DNA of 64,000 nt, taken from assembly GCA_964430475.1 (NCBI GenBank), contig CAYSEQ010000002.1, positions 7,706 to 71,705 of the forward strand. Reading direction: 5' to 3'. Positions 29,847 to 39,063 of this stretch are shown piece by piece (within the stretch, counting starts at the first letter, position 1; each line of letters begins with the position of its first letter). This DNA is from an uncultured Gammaproteobacteria bacterium. Lineage in GTDB: Bacteria > Patescibacteriota > Microgenomatia > UBA8517. The notes under the pieces are model-generated. The model was not told the DNA's origin. It was given only the letters and a program-made list of their open reading frames with translations, and searched no databases. The position numbers and the translations under genes are program-made.

Positions 29847-31055
29847 ATGGAAAATTGTACGAAATTAAAAATTATCTCAATGCTCAAAGGAGGCTTTCAA
29901 AAGTTTTTGCTTTTCTTAATTTTCACCTTGTGTTTGTTTTTAATTACTCCTTTTGCAAAGTTTACTAATGCAGAAACCGAGACCGAAAAGCTCGAAAGGT
30001 TATCTAGGGAAATAGCCCAATACGAGCAAGAGCTCCAAAGACTTCGTTCCCAAGCCCTAACACTTTCCAATCAAATTGCCCAATATGATGCGCAGATTAG
30101 ACTCACTACCCTTAAAATTGAACAAACTCAAGAAAAGATTGCGCTATTGGGTGGAAGGATTTATCAACTTCAAAACTCTTTAGAAGCCTTAACTCAAGCC
30201 TTTACTTCAAGAGTTGTGAAAACTTATAAGATGAGTAGGGTTAATGATCCATTTTTAATGATTATTACCTCCCCTGATTTGGAGAGCGCTTTTTCCTCCT
30301 TTTATTATCTTAGGAAAATCCAAGAATCTGATAGAGATTTGCTAATAAGATTGCAAAAAGCCCAGAATGTTTATGAGGAAGAAAAAAGCACTCAGGAAGA
30401 GCTACAAAAAGAATTGGAGGAGCAGAAGACTTTTTTAAATGATCAAAAAAGTGCAAAGGCAATCCTTTTGGAACAAACTAAAAATGACGAGAAAAGATAT
30501 CAGGAACTTCTTGCTGCTGCTAAAGCGGAATTTGAGGCAATTCAGGCAATTATTGCAGGAAAAGGTGAAGAAGTTGAGGTGGGAAGGGTTTCACAGGGAG
30601 ATAAAATTGCAAGTATTATTTCAGGTCCTTCCTGTAACTCCAGTGGCAGACATCTACATTTTATCGTGAGCCAAAATGGTGTTACACAAAATCCATTTAA
30701 TTATCTTAAACCCGGAGTGGATTATGAGAATTGTTCGGGTTCATCTTGTGGCTCAGGAGACGGAGATCCTTTTAATCCAAGTGGGTCCTGGGATTGGCCA
30801 ATAATGCCAAAAATAAAGTTTAGTCAAGGTTATGGTTCAACCTGGGCAGTAAGAAATACCTGGGTTGGAAGAATCTATCAATTTCACAATGGTATAGATA
30901 TTGACAGTCTTACCTCTGACGAGGTAAGAGCAGTTGCTTCTGGAACTCTTTTTAGAGGAAGCTATACAGGTGTAAATGGTTGCCGTCTGCGTTATGTTCG
31001 TGTTGACCACGAGAATTCAGACATCGATACCTATTATTTGCATATCAATTATTAA
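29847..31055 (+). CDS. EnvC-like coiled-coil / M23 (LytM) peptidase-domain protein
   Basis: Signal/TM. Long coiled coil (…LERLSREIAQYEQELQRLRSQ…). C-terminal M23 motifs HLHFIV…, FHNGIDID, YYLHIN. Confidence 0.75.
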   Translation: MENCTKLKIISMLKGGFQKFLLFLIFTLCLFLITPFAKFTNAETETEKLERLSREIAQYEQELQRLRSQALTLSNQIAQYDAQIRLTTLKIEQTQEKIALLGGRIYQLQNSLEALTQAFTSRVVKTYKMSRVNDPFLMIITSPDLESAFSSFYYLRKIQESDRDLLIRLQKAQNVYEEEKSTQEELQKELEEQKTFLNDQKSAKAILLEQTKNDEKRYQELLAAAKAEFEAIQAIIAGKGEEVEVGRVSQGDKIASIISGPSCNSSGRHLHFIVSQNGVTQNPFNYLKPGVDYENCSGSSCGSGDGDPFNPSGSWDWPIMPKIKFSQGYGSTWAVRNTWVGRIYQFHNGIDIDSLTSDEVRAVASGTLFRGSYTGVNGCRLRYVRVDHENSDIDTYYLHINY

Positions 31056-31241
31056 ACCTCAATAAGGAATTTAAAAGATATTGATATCCCCTTGAATTTT
31101 TACTTTAAGGAATGTTTTATGGAAATTAAGAGTTTTTTCCTAAATTAAGGATTTTCTTTGAGGGTAGGGGTTTTAAAAATAAAAGGGGTTAAAAATTTAA
31201 GAATAAAAAAGATTTAATCTTTGTCTTTCCCAAGATTAAAG

Positions 31242-31269
31242 TGTATTGATGATTCGAATCATCAATACA
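31242..31269. promoter_or_regulatory. Perfect 28-bp palindrome TGTATTGATGATTC|GAATCATCAATACA, 48 bp upstream of the TrpR-like gene. Candidate operator
   Basis: Read directly from the sequence; the two halves are exact reverse complements. Confidence 0.6.
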
Positions 31270-31317
31270 AGCGTTATTGAAAGTTGTTTTACCTTTAATT
31301 AATAATTATTTAGTATA

Positions 31318-31761
31318 ATGCCGCAAGTTTCGAAGTACCCGATACCCAAAGACATCTATAAAAGAATATTCGATATCTTTCTTAAAACACTTGAGGGTTT
31401 GAAGACTAAAAAGAATCTCGAAGGATTTTTAAATGAATTTTTGACACCCACCGAGCAGGTAATGTTAGCGAAAAGACTAGCAATCGCATTTCTTATCCTT
31501 AAGGGCTACAGTTATAGGGAAATTTCTGAAATACTGCGGGTAAGTATTTCCACTGTTGGTTTTGTCTCTCTGGACTTGAAAGAGGGCACCTACTATAAGA
31601 AGGTTATAGAAAAAGTTTTAAGAAACGAAGAAGTTGAAGATTTTATTGAAAGTGTTGGAGAAAAGGTTGCTACTCTTTTTGCCGCAGCCAGTTCTAAAAG
31701 TGGGTCTTGGAGATATTTGAGGGACGAGATTAGGAAAAGGAGAATGAGGAAAGCCTTTTAG
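31318..31761 (+). CDS. TrpR-like (YerC/YecD family) helix-turn-helix regulator
   Basis: …LTPTEQVMLAKRLAIAFLILKGYSYREISEILRVSISTVG… matches the Trp-repressor-fold HTH. Confidence 0.6.
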   Translation: MPQVSKYPIPKDIYKRIFDIFLKTLEGLKTKKNLEGFLNEFLTPTEQVMLAKRLAIAFLILKGYSYREISEILRVSISTVGFVSLDLKEGTYYKKVIEKVLRNEEVEDFIESVGEKVATLFAAASSKSGSWRYLRDEIRKRRMRKAF

Positions 31762-31769
31762 TATATGTC

Positions 31770-31795
31770 GTACTGGTGATTCGAATCATCAGTAC
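31770..31795. promoter_or_regulatory. Second copy of the palindrome GTACTGGTGATTC|GAATCATCAGTAC (one mismatch), 9 bp after the TrpR-like stop
   Basis: Shares the TGATGATTCGAATCATCA core with the 31242 site. Confidence 0.55.
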
Positions 31796-32027
31796 AGGGG
31801 GAGAGGTTTGGCTAAAGTAGTTTTCAGGCAGAATTTTGGATATTTTAGAGCTTTCTAAATTTTGGATTTTTTGTTTTTCTAATTTGATTTTTTATAGTTG
31901 CACTTTTATTTTATACTCTTTTTAGTTTAAATTTTAAGTTTTTCTAGACTAATCTTTTGGGAATGTTAATTTTTGTAAATTTTATGAAATGAATTTTATC
32001 AAGAAGACTTTCTTACAAAGATAGCTT

Positions 32028-32870
32028 GTGAAGAATCTAATAATTTTTTTATCTTTTGCATGCATTTTTTGTTTCTTTTTGGCTAAAGGAGTAAGTGCAA
32101 AAGTGGTGATCAATGAAGTTTTAGCCAATCCAGTTGCACCCGAGGACGGTTCAGAGTGGGTGGAACTTTATAATTTGGAAGATTCCCCTGTGTCGTTGAG
32201 TGGTTGTGTTCTTTATCTTGATTCCACAACATTAAGTCAAAAAATAACATTTGGTGATGAAGATTTTATTGATAGATTTAGAGTGGTGTCTTGGGATGGA
32301 ACTAAATTGCGAAATGATGGAGACTTAGTCAAGCTAGATTGTGGTGTAGAGATAGATCAAGTGGCATATGGTGATGAACCAGGCGCGGTTGTCCCCGCGC
32401 AAGACGATGGTGTTTCTTTTGGTCGAAGTCCCGATGGAATAGGAAATTTCTATATACTTTCTTCTCTGACTGTTAATGAACCAAATTCGACACCTATTTC
32501 TCCAACGCCTACCCCCACCAGTACACCAACTCCCTCACCAAAACCTACACCTACTCTGACTCCAACACCGACACCAAAAGCAACTTCTACCCCAACCCCC
32601 AAACCCACATCTTCACCGGTTCCAACGTCAAAATCCGAAGGTGAATTAGAAGACAACGAAGAAAATATTTCTCAAGAAGAGAAAGCGTTCACCTTGGGAG
32701 TTCAGGATACTTCCTTAAATAAAACCACCTCAAATCCAGAAGTTCAGGGGGTCCAAGATGAAGAAAGAAGGAATTTTCCTTTCTTGGCAGTAATCTTTAG
32801 CTTATTAGGTATTGGGCTAATCACAATAGCACTTTTACCTATTATAAAAAATCGGATGCAGAGACTATAA
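32028..32870 (+). CDS. Secreted lamin-tail-domain (LTD) protein with Pro/Thr linker and C-terminal TM anchor
   Basis: Signal peptide. …VVINEVLANP…GSEWVELYNLEDSPVSLSGCVLY… LTD motif. PTPTPTSTPTPSPKPTPT linker. C-terminal hydrophobic segment plus basic tail. Confidence 0.65.
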   Translation: MKNLIIFLSFACIFCFFLAKGVSAKVVINEVLANPVAPEDGSEWVELYNLEDSPVSLSGCVLYLDSTTLSQKITFGDEDFIDRFRVVSWDGTKLRNDGDLVKLDCGVEIDQVAYGDEPGAVVPAQDDGVSFGRSPDGIGNFYILSSLTVNEPNSTPISPTPTPTSTPTPSPKPTPTLTPTPTPKATSTPTPKPTSSPVPTSKSEGELEDNEENISQEEKAFTLGVQDTSLNKTTSNPEVQGVQDEERRNFPFLAVIFSLLGIGLITIALLPIIKNRMQRL

Positions 32871-32878
32871 TTTTTAAA

Positions 32879-33316
32879 GTGAGAAAAGGGGTTAACAAAT
32901 TTACAGACAAAAATTTTCTCAAGTATTGGCTTCCAGTTATTATTTGGGCTTTGGTGATTTTTATCTTTTCCTCACACCCAACAGTGAGGACTTCCGAAGT
33001 ACATTGGAAGGATTTTGCAGTCAAAAAGACAGCTCATATAATAGTTTATGCAATACTTTCGGCTCTTTTATATAGAGCCTACAGAAATAGTGGTTTAGAA
33101 GACCAAAAGTCAGGTTTCTATTCGATCTTTACTTCGATAATCTATGGGATTACGGATGAGATTCACCAATCCTTTACACCAGGAAGAGAGCCTACTGTAA
33201 GAGATGTGTTTTTTGATACAATTGGAGCTACCATCTTTGTGTTTGTTGTATGGAAGTTATTACCAAAAGCGCCCTTGAAACTAAGAAACTTGGCAAAGAG
33301 CTTGCAAATTCTTTGA
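32879..33316 (+). CDS. VanZ-family membrane protein
   Basis: …GITDEIHQSFTPGREPTVRDVFFDTIGA… VanZ signature. Four TM helices. Confidence 0.65.
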   Translation: MRKGVNKFTDKNFLKYWLPVIIWALVIFIFSSHPTVRTSEVHWKDFAVKKTAHIIVYAILSALLYRAYRNSGLEDQKSGFYSIFTSIIYGITDEIHQSFTPGREPTVRDVFFDTIGATIFVFVVWKLLPKAPLKLRNLAKSLQIL

Positions 33317-33699
33317 TTAAGAAGTTTAGTAATCCCTATTTTACAATCTCTCTTACCGGTGACCTCGGTTGCGGGAAGACTACATTTGTCCAGGGTTTTG
33401 CTGAATTTTTTGGAATAAAAGGAAGAATCATCTCGCCCACCTTTGTCTTAATTCGGACTTACTCTATTCCTAGAAAATTTAAGCCTTTTAGTAATCTTTA
33501 CCATGTTGACCTTTATCGGTTAAGCGGTAATCTCGATGAGGAGGTCAAAAACATTGGTCTTTTAGATATTTTAGGAAGAAATGGCAACATTGCTCTTATT
33601 GAGTGGGGAGAGAAGATAAAAAATATTTTGCCAAGTAATTCTTTATGGGTGGAATTTGAAAACCTTGGAGCAAATTTAAGAAGGATAAAGATAAAATGA
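33250..33699 (+). CDS. tsaE: tRNA threonylcarbamoyladenosine (t6A) biosynthesis protein TsaE (YjeE ATPase)
   Basis: P-loop …LTGDLGCGKTTFVQG…, …HVDLYRL… motif. 66-bp out-of-frame overlap with the vanZ-like gene. Confidence 0.8.
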   Translation: MEVITKSALETKKLGKELANSLIKKFSNPYFTISLTGDLGCGKTTFVQGFAEFFGIKGRIISPTFVLIRTYSIPRKFKPFSNLYHVDLYRLSGNLDEEVKNIGLLDILGRNGNIALIEWGEKIKNILPSNSLWVEFENLGANLRRIKIK

Positions 33700-34703
33700 G
33701 AAAAATTCTAGTTACTGGCGGGGGTGGTTATATAGGTTCGGTTGCAAGTTATATGTTATTAAAAGGAGGTTTTGAAGTGGTTGTTATTGATAATTTTGAG
33801 AGAGGATTTAGGCAACCACTTGAGGTTTTAGAAAAAGAATTTGGCTCGGATCACATTCGATTTTATAAAGCTGATTTAAAAAATGATTTAGAGACTATTT
33901 TTAAGAAAGAGTCGCCATTCGATGCTGTCATTCATTATGCAGCCCTTTGCTCTGTGGACGAGTCTGTGAGGAATCCAGAAAAGTATTTTTCCAATAATGT
34001 TTGTGGCTCAATTAATCTTTTTTCAAACATGTTGAAATACCATGTCAAAAATTTAATATTTTCATCTACCTGCGCCGTTTATGGAGAGACAGAGTATCTT
34101 CCTGTTGACGAGTATCATCCCGTAAAACCCGTAAATCCTTACGGAACATCTAAAAGAAGTGTTGAAGAGATTATTCAATCTCTTGGTACAGTCAAGGGAT
34201 TAAATTATGTGATACTTCGCTATTTTAATGTTTGCGGTGCAACAAGCGATGGCAGGTTCGGTGATTCCAAAAAGCCTTCAACGCTTTTGGTCCAAAATGC
34301 GGTTCGAGGTGCACTCGGTATAGAGCCATTCTTTTTAACCTGTCCAAGGGTAGATACTTTTGACAGAACCCCGATAAGGGATTATATAAATGTGGAAGAC
34401 TTAAATGAAGCTCATATTTTAGCCCTTAGATATCTTTTAAAGGGTGGAAAAAGCGAAATTATAAATTTAGGAACTGGAGGAGGTTACTCGGTTTTAGAAG
34501 TTGTTAATCGTGTACAAGAGGTCCTTGGGAAAGAATTCAGGATTCGCAAAACGCGACCCAGGAAAGGAGAATATGCAAAGATTTATGCAGATATTAAAAA
34601 GGCAAAGAAGGTATTGGGTTGGCAGCCAAAAAGAAGTTTGGAAGACTCAATTAAATCCCTAGCTCTTTGGTATAAAGAGCATCCCAAGGGCTGGAGTTAT
34701 TGA
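33696..34703 (+). CDS. galE: UDP-glucose 4-epimerase
   Basis: …ILVTGGGGYIGS…, YxxxK (…YGTSKRS…). 335 aa SDR-extended fold. Confidence 0.85.
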   Translation: MRKILVTGGGGYIGSVASYMLLKGGFEVVVIDNFERGFRQPLEVLEKEFGSDHIRFYKADLKNDLETIFKKESPFDAVIHYAALCSVDESVRNPEKYFSNNVCGSINLFSNMLKYHVKNLIFSSTCAVYGETEYLPVDEYHPVKPVNPYGTSKRSVEEIIQSLGTVKGLNYVILRYFNVCGATSDGRFGDSKKPSTLLVQNAVRGALGIEPFFLTCPRVDTFDRTPIRDYINVEDLNEAHILALRYLLKGGKSEIINLGTGGGYSVLEVVNRVQEVLGKEFRIRKTRPRKGEYAKIYADIKKAKKVLGWQPKRSLEDSIKSLALWYKEHPKGWSY

Positions 34704-34721
34704 GGATTAAAGAAAGTTTTT

Positions 34722-35045
34722 ATGAAGCTTTATATTGATACTTCTAATTCTGAAAAAGTTATTGTCGGTCTTGGTGAAAAAAAATTTGAGACTAAAGCCT
34801 TTGTTCAAACCTCGCAAAGGCTTCTTCCATTTATTGCTGAAGTTTTAAAAAAGGAGAAAAAGACACCTAAAGATATAACTGAGATAGAAGTGAATACAGG
34901 ACCAGGTTCATTTACGGGTCTGCGTGTTGGGGTTTCGGTTGCTAATGCATTAGGCTGGGCACTGGGAGTGCCAGTGAATGGGAAGGATTTGAAAAAAGGT
35001 GAAATTGTTGAGATAAATTATCAAGAAGGGGACAAAAAAAACTAA
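34722..35045 (+). CDS. Short TsaB/YeaZ-like protein (N-terminal Kae1/TsaD-fold subdomain only)
   Basis: MKLYIDTSNSEKVIVGL… resembles the TsaB N-terminus. Only 107 aa. Ends right after an A8 run (…GDKKN*). Confidence 0.4.
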   Translation: MKLYIDTSNSEKVIVGLGEKKFETKAFVQTSQRLLPFIAEVLKKEKKTPKDITEIEVNTGPGSFTGLRVGVSVANALGWALGVPVNGKDLKKGEIVEINYQEGDKKN

Positions 35046-35089
35046 GTTCTTCTCTCCAATTTTCCAAATTCCAATTCTCAAAACAATTA

Positions 35090-35200
35090 TTTAATGATTA
35101 ATGATTAATGGTTAATGATTAAAAATTCTTGATTCTAAATTCTTAATTCTAGATTCTAGATTCTAAAATTTTTAACTTTAAACTTTTAATTTATTTGTAA
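35090..35200. repeat. AT-rich microsatellite block: (TTAATGA)x4 followed by (ATTCTARA)-type tandem units
   Basis: ttaatgattaatgattaatggttaatgatta … attcttgattctaaattcttaattctagattctagattctaaaa. Confidence 0.7.
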
Positions 35201-35264
35201 TTTGAGTTTTTATATTTGACTATTTTGAAGTAAGGTGATATATTAACTCAACTTAAAAATTATT

Positions 35265-36224
35265 ATGGGTAGGTTGACCAAACTTTTAACCATCCCTGCC
35301 CTTGCCTTCAGCATTCTTGTATTTGCCTCTAAGGTAATTGCAACAACATCAAGTTACACAGCCAGTGACTTCAGTAAATTTTGCGCTAAAAATCCTGAAA
35401 TTTGTAACAAAGAAGAATATAAAGAAGCAAGTAGCGCCTCTGTTAGCTGTCCCCTTGGTCAAAGTCAGATTATTGATAAGATTTTCGTTCACGCAGGTGA
35501 CGGAAAGACTGTATACGAGTTACCTCATAGCGGATTTTCGTACGACTTGGAAGACGCTGGATCGATGGTTGTTGTGACCCTTTCTGGACACAAGCATAAA
35601 ATAAGTTGGGTTGGAGTTACTTGTCATCCTAAACCTGCAGTCACACCCACATCTACACCAGTACCCACTCCTAGTCCCACAGAAACACCTCTACCTTCGC
35701 CAACAGAGACACCTTCACCAACACCGACTGAAGCTCCTTTGCCCACACCTACACCTACGCCGTCTCCCACTCCAACTGAAGTAGCAAGGGGTGGACTTTC
35801 GGAAGCTGGTGCACCTGTTTGTTCGGATCCTGTTCCTCCTACTCCAACTATCCTCTCACTTACAAGAATTGACAACGATTCATTTAGATTAGTCTGGAGT
35901 AAAGTTACTCCCGCAACTTCCTATAGCATTATTTATGGACCTGCAGGAAATCTAATTTATTCGGTTTTTGATACCGGAGATACCGACAACTTCGTGATCA
36001 ACGGAATTTCGCAAGGTTGTTTTGCTGTAAAATCTGTTAACGGATGTATGCCAGGAGGTTATTCTTCACAAGTTTGTTCAGGGGGGCAGGGAGCGGTTTT
36101 GGGTGCATCAACTTTAGGTGCAACTGGGTCCTTGGATTTCAGTAAAGTATTGTACAGCATCGGCTTTCTTTTAACCGCCATGGGTTTGAGAAGGGAAAGA
36201 TTTTCCAAGAAGATACAAAAGTAA
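35265..36224 (+). CDS. Secreted surface protein with Pro/Thr linker, FN3-like region and a C-terminal sorting signal (LGATG + hydrophobic + RRERFSKK)
   Basis: Signal peptide. PT-rich segment. C-terminus …STLGATGSLDFSKVLYSIGFLLTAMGLRRERFSKKIQK. Sortase gene starts 1 nt after its stop. Confidence 0.6.
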   Translation: MGRLTKLLTIPALAFSILVFASKVIATTSSYTASDFSKFCAKNPEICNKEEYKEASSASVSCPLGQSQIIDKIFVHAGDGKTVYELPHSGFSYDLEDAGSMVVVTLSGHKHKISWVGVTCHPKPAVTPTSTPVPTPSPTETPLPSPTETPSPTPTEAPLPTPTPTPSPTPTEVARGGLSEAGAPVCSDPVPPTPTILSLTRIDNDSFRLVWSKVTPATSYSIIYGPAGNLIYSVFDTGDTDNFVINGISQGCFAVKSVNGCMPGGYSSQVCSGGQGAVLGASTLGATGSLDFSKVLYSIGFLLTAMGLRRERFSKKIQK

Positions 36225-36800
36225 ATGTCTTCTTTTTATTCTTTAATAGAAGAAAGAGGTAAATTTTTCAAAAGAAACACACCTTTATTAATTGGAATTT
36301 TGGTTATTTTCATCGCCTACTTCTACGATGGTTACTATAAAAAAAGAGTTCTTTCTTTTACAGATAGTCCTGCGTTAAGCAAAAAGACCGAGGGAGAAGT
36401 TAAAAAAAGCTTTAAACCCACAAAAGTTAAGATTTCTTCGGTTGGGATAGATTTAGCTATAGAGGAAGGCAATATTAAGGATGGCGTTTGGCAAATTTCT
36501 GAAAATCAAGCTACTCACCTTGATGTTTCCAAAAATCCCGGTGACGGTGGAAATGTAGTTATATATGCCCATAATAAGGGAAATCTTTTTGGACCGCTAA
36601 GGAAAGTAAAGCAAGGCGATGAGATAAAGATTTTAAATAGCAACAATCAAGAATTTATCTATAAAGTAAACCAGACCATCACGGTGACTCCGCAAGAAAT
36701 TGATTATGTGTTGCCAAAAAACGAAGAGACTCTCACACTTTATACCTGTACTGGTTTTCTTGATTCAAAGCGCTTTATTGTTGTTGCAAAACCCCTTTAA
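36225..36800 (+). CDS. Sortase-family transpeptidase
   Basis: N-terminal TM. …VVIYAHN… (His), …TLTLYTCTGF… (TLxTC Cys), downstream Arg (…KRFIVVAKP). Confidence 0.75.
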   Translation: MSSFYSLIEERGKFFKRNTPLLIGILVIFIAYFYDGYYKKRVLSFTDSPALSKKTEGEVKKSFKPTKVKISSVGIDLAIEEGNIKDGVWQISENQATHLDVSKNPGDGGNVVIYAHNKGNLFGPLRKVKQGDEIKILNSNNQEFIYKVNQTITVTPQEIDYVLPKNEETLTLYTCTGFLDSKRFIVVAKPL

Positions 36801-36829
36801 CTTTGTTATACATAAAGGTAAGGGGCTGA

Positions 36830-38290
36830 ATGAAAAGTAAAATTCTTTCCCTTTTTCTTGTAATCTTTGGGGCGTTTTTTTTAGCCAAGCCCGCTCAGGC
36901 TCAATCTCTTCTTTTGAGAACATTTACTTCCTATCCCAAAAAATCTCCAGACGAGGTTATTGTTAAATTCCGCAAGGTGCCAAAAGCCGTCTCCATAAGA
37001 GATTTTGCCTCAAGATATAATATCCCTCTTACGAGTATCACGGAGTATGAGAACTTTGTGACAGTGAAAATTCCAAAAGGCCTTGACACCCAGAACTATT
37101 CTCGGTTTTTGTCAAAGGATCTTGAAGTGGAGTATGTTGAGCCAAACTATATTGCTTATGCTTTTAATGTTCCCAATGACCCTTACTACAGATATCAGTG
37201 GCATTTGGATAATCCTGTTTTCGGAGGCGTATCTGCGGAAGAAGCCTGGGATTTGGCAAATGGCGAAGGAGTAGTGGTTGCGGTAGTTGACACAGGAGTT
37301 GCTTACGAGAATTATACCCAGAGTCGGTCTCGACGCTATGAGAAAGCACCTGACCTTGCCGGAACCTGTTTTGTACAAGGGTACGATTTTGTCAATAAAG
37401 ACACCCATCCCAACGACGACAGTGGCCACGGAACCCATATCACCGGAACGATTGCCCAAACAACTGATAATAATTTAGGTGTTGCCGGTCTTGCCTATAA
37501 GTCTTGCATTATGCCGGTAAAAGTTTTGGGTGCTGATGGTTCGGGTACTTACGCAAATGTTGCAGCAGGTATCCGTTACGCAGTAGATAAAGGTGCTAAG
37601 GTAATAAATTTAAGCCTTGGCGGTCCATCTTCTTCGCAAACCCTACTTGATGCAGTGAAGTATGCTGCCGAGAAAGGAAGCTTGGTGGTGGCAGCAGCTG
37701 GAAATGAGGCAAAAGAGACTCTTTCGTATCCGGCTGCCTACAACGATTATGTGGTGGCAGTGGGCGCAACAAGATACGACGAGACGCTAGCCTTTTACTC
37801 AAGCTATGGAGAGGGTTTGGATTTGGTAGCACCAGGAGGGGATTTAAATGTTGACCAAAACGCCGATGGCTACAAAGATGGAATACTTCAGCAAACCTTT
37901 GGTTCAAATCCCAGGGATTGGGGTTACTACTTCTATCAAGGGACCTCAATGGCAACTCCCCATGTTTCGGCAACCGCTGCGCTTTTAGCCTCTAAAGGTG
38001 TAAGCGATATTTCGCAAATAAAGAATTTTCTTTACCAAAGCGCCCAGGATTTAGGAACTTCCGGATACGATAAGTACTTTGGTTGGGGTTTGCTTGATAC
38101 CCGAAAGGCACTTGAGCTAGCAATGGGAAATTCAGGGTTGACTCCTACTCCTATCCCAAATCCCACTCAGACACCAACCCCGACACCAACTCCTACTCCG
38201 ACTTTAACCCCCACGCCAACTCCCACGCCTACCCCAACAGAGAAGCCTTGGTGGTGTAGATACTTCCCGACTCATCCCTCCTGCCAGTGA
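36830..38290 (+). CDS. Secreted subtilisin-like serine protease (S8) with N-terminal propeptide and C-terminal Pro/Thr tail
   Basis: Asp VAVVDTGV, His HGTHITGTIA, Ser GTSMATPHVS. Signal peptide. TPTPTPTPTPT… tail. Confidence 0.85.
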   Translation: MKSKILSLFLVIFGAFFLAKPAQAQSLLLRTFTSYPKKSPDEVIVKFRKVPKAVSIRDFASRYNIPLTSITEYENFVTVKIPKGLDTQNYSRFLSKDLEVEYVEPNYIAYAFNVPNDPYYRYQWHLDNPVFGGVSAEEAWDLANGEGVVVAVVDTGVAYENYTQSRSRRYEKAPDLAGTCFVQGYDFVNKDTHPNDDSGHGTHITGTIAQTTDNNLGVAGLAYKSCIMPVKVLGADGSGTYANVAAGIRYAVDKGAKVINLSLGGPSSSQTLLDAVKYAAEKGSLVVAAAGNEAKETLSYPAAYNDYVVAVGATRYDETLAFYSSYGEGLDLVAPGGDLNVDQNADGYKDGILQQTFGSNPRDWGYYFYQGTSMATPHVSATAALLASKGVSDISQIKNFLYQSAQDLGTSGYDKYFGWGLLDTRKALELAMGNSGLTPTPIPNPTQTPTPTPTPTPTLTPTPTPTPTPTEKPWWCRYFPTHPSCQ

Positions 38291-38341
38291 GTCTTTGGGA
38301 TTTTAAAAAAGGGTCTCAAGATTAATCCTTAGAAAGCCGTT

Positions 38342-38980
38342 ATGCAAGCCAAAAGTCTTTTTCCTAGTTTTTTGACTGCATTTTTCCTGTTTTTTACAGG
38401 TCTGCCATTTAATTTTGCGGTTGATGAGCGCTTGCCGAAAGTTCCCGAAGTAGAAGTAATTGAGGATAAAGTTTCAAAATCTTTATTTATCGTCTCAAGA
38501 AATTCGGATTTTTCAAGCCAAGATGTAAATTTCTCACCCAATGAAAAGGTTTTTGTAAAGGTTAGTCAAAATTCCGATATACCTGCGAATGCTACACTCA
38601 CTCTTTTGGACCAAGACAAAAAGACTCTTTTTACCCTAAGTATGACTCAGGATAAGAACGAATTTAAAGCTTCTTTTGAGGCTCCGAATAACCAAGGGGT
38701 ATATTATGTCCATATCGAGATAAGAGGCGAGGGTTTGTCTTTCTCCGGGGAGAAAAACATAAATGTTCAGGGCGATTCCTCGGATAATTCAAACACGCAA
38801 AATGTAAAAAGCGAAGCCTCTTCTTTTGTTAGTACTTCTGAAAAGGATTTGGGACAAAGCGCAAATACAGTAGTTCCTGAATTTGCCGAAAATCCTGAAC
38901 CACCAGAAAAAAATATTTTTTTGAGCTTTTTTGAAAGGTTTTTTGCTTGGATTAGAAATCTTTTTTCAATTGGCTCTTGA
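38342..38980 (+). CDS. Hypothetical secreted protein
   Basis: Signal peptide-like N-terminus. No motif. Confidence 0.4.
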   Translation: MQAKSLFPSFLTAFFLFFTGLPFNFAVDERLPKVPEVEVIEDKVSKSLFIVSRNSDFSSQDVNFSPNEKVFVKVSQNSDIPANATLTLLDQDKKTLFTLSMTQDKNEFKASFEAPNNQGVYYVHIEIRGEGLSFSGEKNINVQGDSSDNSNTQNVKSEASSFVSTSEKDLGQSANTVVPEFAENPEPPEKNIFLSFFERFFAWIRNLFSIGS

Positions 38981-39063
38981 CAAAGAATAAATTTATCTGT
39001 AGCTTTATTTATAAACTATAAACGCTTCAGTCTGCCCCTGAAGTATTCCCTTTTTACTTTATT

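Noticed and set aside
31251-31262. GATTCGAATC core resembling a tRNA T-arm (GGTTCGAATCC), raising the possibility of a tRNA or tRNA-derived integration site
   Set aside because: The flanks form a simple perfect palindrome with no acceptor, D or anticodon stems. Two copies flank a regulator gene, which points to an operator. No tRNA or rRNA found in the intergenic regions I inspected.
32450-32656. Minus-strand ORFs rich in Gly/Val (for example 32450-32656, 35624-35875, 37596-37973) and other antisense ORFs listed in the ORF track
   Set aside because: They are mirror images of Pro/Thr-linker coding DNA (ACC/CCA repeats read as GGT/TGG) or lie wholly inside well-supported genes on the other strand. 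No independent support.
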